In this document: positions 61,262-64,000 of the stretch, one piece after another
How the letters are laid out: each line of letters starts with the position of its first letter
How positions within the stretch are numbered: position 1 is the stretch's first letter
Source: Candidatus Latescibacterota bacterium
Lineage (GTDB): Bacteria; Latescibacterota; UBA2968
Length of the DNA: 64,000 nucleotides
Reading direction: 5' to 3'
Assembly (NCBI GenBank): GCA_965198115.1
Contig: OZ240241.1
Location: forward strand, 3,072,001-3,136,000
Translations under genes and position numbers: made by a program
Notes under the pieces: model-generated
What the model was told of the DNA's origin: nothing
What the model saw: the letters and a program-made list of their open reading frames with translations, nothing else
The model's database searches: none

Positions 61262-63684
61262 TTTCTGATTGAGCCCCAGCACAGTGAGATAGACCAAGCA
61301 GACAGGGGTATTGAACAGAATTGGATCCCACCAACCTTGTAACAAAAAAACGCCGTGTAACCAGCGGTGAAAAAGAGGGCCAGGACACTGACTATATTTG
61401 TCAGCCGACGTTTCAGGCCTGCACTTGATACTCTCATCGGCACCCGCACCGTAAACGTGCTGCCCTTGCCCACCTCGCTCTCCACACCAATCGTCCCGCC
61501 CAGCAGCTCCGCGAACTTCTTGGTGATGGACAGGCCCAGCCCGGTGCCCTTCTGCACTGCGCTCTCCGACCCCTCAGCCTGACGGTATTCGTCAAAGATT
61601 GTTGGCAGCTCGTCGGCGGGGATGCCCTTGCCGGTGTCGCTGACGGCAATGACAAGCTGATCGTCATCCACGCTCGCATTGACCGTCACGCTGCCACTAT
61701 CGGTGAACTTGATGGCGTTGGACAGAAGGTTGATGACCATCTGCTGTAGCCGGGCCTCATCGGTGTTCGCCTCGCCGATGTCGACGGCCACGTCCTGGCG
61801 CAGCTCGACGCCCTCCTGTATCAGTGGGCTGACCGTGTCGCACGCAGACGCAATCAGTTCCTCGATGTTGAACGTAGTCGCCTCCACGTCCATACGACCC
61901 GCTTCAATCTTCGACAAGTCCATCAAGTCGTCTATCATCGCAAGCAGACGGTCGGACGCCTGGGTGACCTTTTGAAGATTCTCTCGACTTCTCTCCTCCA
62001 TCGACTTGTCGCGGCGGAGAACGAAGTCCGTGAATCCTTTTATGGCGTTCATCGGTGTCCGTAGTTCGTGGGACATCGAGGCAAGGAACTCCGATTTGCG
62101 CTCCGTGTTCAATTGGATTTCACGGATGTCGAGGTAACGGGCGTAGCCGAGGGCGACTGCATCTGCGAACTCACGGAGTGTGGCGACTTCGTCGTCGGTG
62201 AAGCTATCTCGTTCGGATGCCGTCAGGCGTAAGCGACCATAGGCACCCGCAGGGACCTCAACGATTGCCACCCCCTCGCTGGTTCCCTGCCACGGCTCAC
62301 CGGCAATGAACCGTTCGATGGTCTGTTGGATGACTTCGGGGAAGGGGGCGGGAACGTGAGGGGACTCCGCTGTGACCGTCCCCTGAGGGTCCAACCGGTA
62401 GGCGGTGTACCGAAAGCCCACGTCCCTGAAGTATTCCATCGTGGGACGCTCAACCGGCTCGTCGAGCACGTCGATTCCACACCCGTCGAAGGTGAGTTCT
62501 ACCGTCTTGAGGCTCTCCGTCAGCAGCGACAGGATGCGTTCAAAGTCGCTTGCTTCGTCCATCGACTGCACCTCGGCACGGAGCCGCTGCACCGATGCTT
62601 CCACCGCCAGCCGTCGGTTTTGCGCTTCCTTCTCCTGAAGCTCTTTGTATCGCGAGTGGGCGTAGCCGAACACCTCGCCAAATCGCTTGATGAGCATCAG
62701 GGGCGCTTCGTCGATCGTCTCTATCGCCAGGAGAGAAACCCCTCCACCCTCGAAAAACACCCAGTACTGATGAACTTGGGGTGGCCATTGTTCCACAGAA
62801 GTCTCTGCCCAAGTAGTGAAACCACGGTCGACGTATCGCTGAAGGTCTTCCTTATCCGAGAGTCTGTGAGCATACGCATCTCCGCGTTGGGAAGCATCCC
62901 GCAATTCCTGATTCAGGTTGAATAGCTGAGGGGCACCGACCGTCCCGTCGGCCTGCGTTGCCCATACTTCGTCCTTGTTCGAAACGTGGATGAAGAGTCC
63001 AGCAGCAGCCAGTGATAGTCCCAGACCATCCATTTCGCGATACACAGCCTCCACTACCGGCCCAATGTCCTCGCTCGACCGCATCCCCTGCGCCTGACCC
63101 CGCAGTCGCTCCAGCACCTGCTCGCGCTGGAGGTCCACGTTGACCTGGAACAGCTCCTTGTTGGCGTCGGACAGGGCCTGGTTGCCCTCCCGCAGACGAC
63201 GGTCACGACGCACCACACGCGCTGTCTGCCAGGCGATAAGCAGCATCGATAGACCCAATCCACCCAAAAGTGCCATTCGGGCATACGCAGGCGTAACGAT
63301 CACCGCGACCGACACGGTCTCTTCCGAATAGTTCAGATCACGATCAACAGCCTTAACCTCGAACGTGTAATCGCCTACAGGAAGGTCCGCGTATTCGACG
63401 CTAGTCGTCTGGGTTGCCTTCCAATCGTCGTCATATCCTATGAGCCGATAGACATATGCCATTCTTGTTGCCGGTGTGGTCAGGCTGCGTCCTTGATACT
63501 CAATGGCCACGTAGCGCTGGGAAGTGGGGACTGTGATTCCTGAGACGGAACCGTGCCTCTCATCGGACAGCACGTCCACAAGATTGATCCGTGGCGGCGT
63601 TGAGGAGGGACGATATCTTGTGATGCCTCCCGTTGTCGTGATCCAGAAATCGCCGTTTCGGTCTTGTAGAACGTCGGTCGTCAT
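61234..63684 (-). CDS. Sensor histidine kinase (last propeller blades, Y_Y_Y, TM, GAF-like, HisKA, HATPase); apparently 5'-truncated near 63775 and without a stop after the HATPase
   Basis: LQDRNGDFWI, YVYRLIGYDDDW..YTFEVKAVDRD, SMSHELRTPMN, NLLSNAIKFT, DTGKGI, GTGLGL. GGGVSRFDG lies upstream in another frame. Confidence 0.85.
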   Translation of the reverse strand: MTTDVLQDRNGDFWITTTGGITRYRPSSTPPRINLVDVLSDERHGSVSGITVPTSQRYVAIEYQGRSLTTPATRMAYVYRLIGYDDDWKATQTTSVEYADLPVGDYTFEVKAVDRDLNYSEETVSVAVIVTPAYARMALLGGLGLSMLLIAWQTARVVRRDRRLREGNQALSDANKELFQVNVDLQREQVLERLRGQAQGMRSSEDIGPVVEAVYREMDGLGLSLAAAGLFIHVSNKDEVWATQADGTVGAPQLFNLNQELRDASQRGDAYAHRLSDKEDLQRYVDRGFTTWAETSVEQWPPQVHQYWVFFEGGGVSLLAIETIDEAPLMLIKRFGEVFGYAHSRYKELQEKEAQNRRLAVEASVQRLRAEVQSMDEASDFERILSLLTESLKTVELTFDGCGIDVLDEPVERPTMEYFRDVGFRYTAYRLDPQGTVTAESPHVPAPFPEVIQQTIERFIAGEPWQGTSEGVAIVEVPAGAYGRLRLTASERDSFTDDEVATLREFADAVALGYARYLDIREIQLNTERKSEFLASMSHELRTPMNAIKGFTDFVLRRDKSMEERSRENLQKVTQASDRLLAMIDDLMDLSKIEAGRMDVEATTFNIEELIASACDTVSPLIQEGVELRQDVAVDIGEANTDEARLQQMVINLLSNAIKFTDSGSVTVNASVDDDQLVIAVSDTGKGIPADELPTIFDEYRQAEGSESAVQKGTGLGLSITKKFAELLGGTIGVESEVGKGSTFTVRVPMRVSSAGLKRRLTNIVSVLALFFTAGYTAFFCYKVGGIQFCSIPLSAWSISLCWGSIRKRSSQEVCK

Positions 63685-64000
63685 GTCGCTGACCAGCCCG
63701 TCCTCTCGTCAGAGACTGAAACACGATGCCATCAAAACGGCTTACCCCTCCACCTCTGACCTCCGTGCCTTCAGAAACAGATTCATAGGACACATAAAGG
63801 ACAACAAGACAAAGCGGCCCCTAACCAATGATGAGATCAACATTTACTTGGATTTCGATCATGGAAGGCGACCTAGACGCCTTCATTCTCTGGGTCAATA
63901 ACGCGAAGGACAACGCATTCATGGAGGGCGCCCGGGATCTCGAACTGCCCATTTGGCCACTCGAACGCTGGCAGACGTTCTGGCGCGCGCGTGCAGCCTG

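Larger units (their letters stand above)
57347..61437 (-). pseudogene. Membrane sensor histidine kinase (multi-TM sensor, HisKA, HATPase) interrupted by two IS256 elements
   Basis: After IS removal: ...VLGLNQKKCNRLA...GLHYFF...QEKMASLGDLVAGVAHEMNTP...DNRAIQSL...QMNQVFMHVLKNA...DTGVGI. Additional single-base frameshifts near 61347 and 57453. Confidence 0.88.

Noticed and set aside
55720-61560. Diversity-generating retroelement TR/VR pair among the kinase tails
   Set aside because: Differences are mostly synonymous and not adenine-specific; no reverse transcriptase in the window.

Overview
A GC-rich (about 60%) bacterial chromosomal window. The gene content suggests an FCB-group heterotroph such as Ca. 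Latescibacterota (inference): many sulfatases, Gfo/Idh/MocA dehydrogenases, enolase-family dehydratases, a GWxTD/TPR protein and propeller-type histidine kinases. The backbone carries a Dpp-type ABC transporter, sugar and sugar-acid catabolic genes, birA-coaX, nadC and uvrB. IS load is heavy. There are three near-identical 1374-bp IS256 copies, one diverged IS256 and an IS200. A nested stack (IS1595 containing an IS256 and an ISAzo13, the latter containing an ISL3) sits inside a ManD/RspA gene, and all its target-site duplications can be resolved. Most notable: (1) an array in which unrelated genes are each followed by a ~110-bp copy of a histidine-kinase 3' end with a shared breakpoint; (2) a promoter, 16-nt extended Shine-Dalgarno, 11-codon ORF and hairpin unit split by an IS256; (3) a bacterial OSGIN1/2-like flavoprotein in a sugar-acid operon; (4) a HEPN-motif passenger gene in the IS1595; (5) a DUF559 nuclease bracketed by inverted palindromes; (6) a minimal PolX. 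Caveat: several single-base frameshifts and lesions at CCWGG sites look like long-read or methylation-related errors, so some apparent pseudogenes may be intact. No rRNA, tRNA or CRISPR array was seen. All family calls are by motif recognition, not database search.
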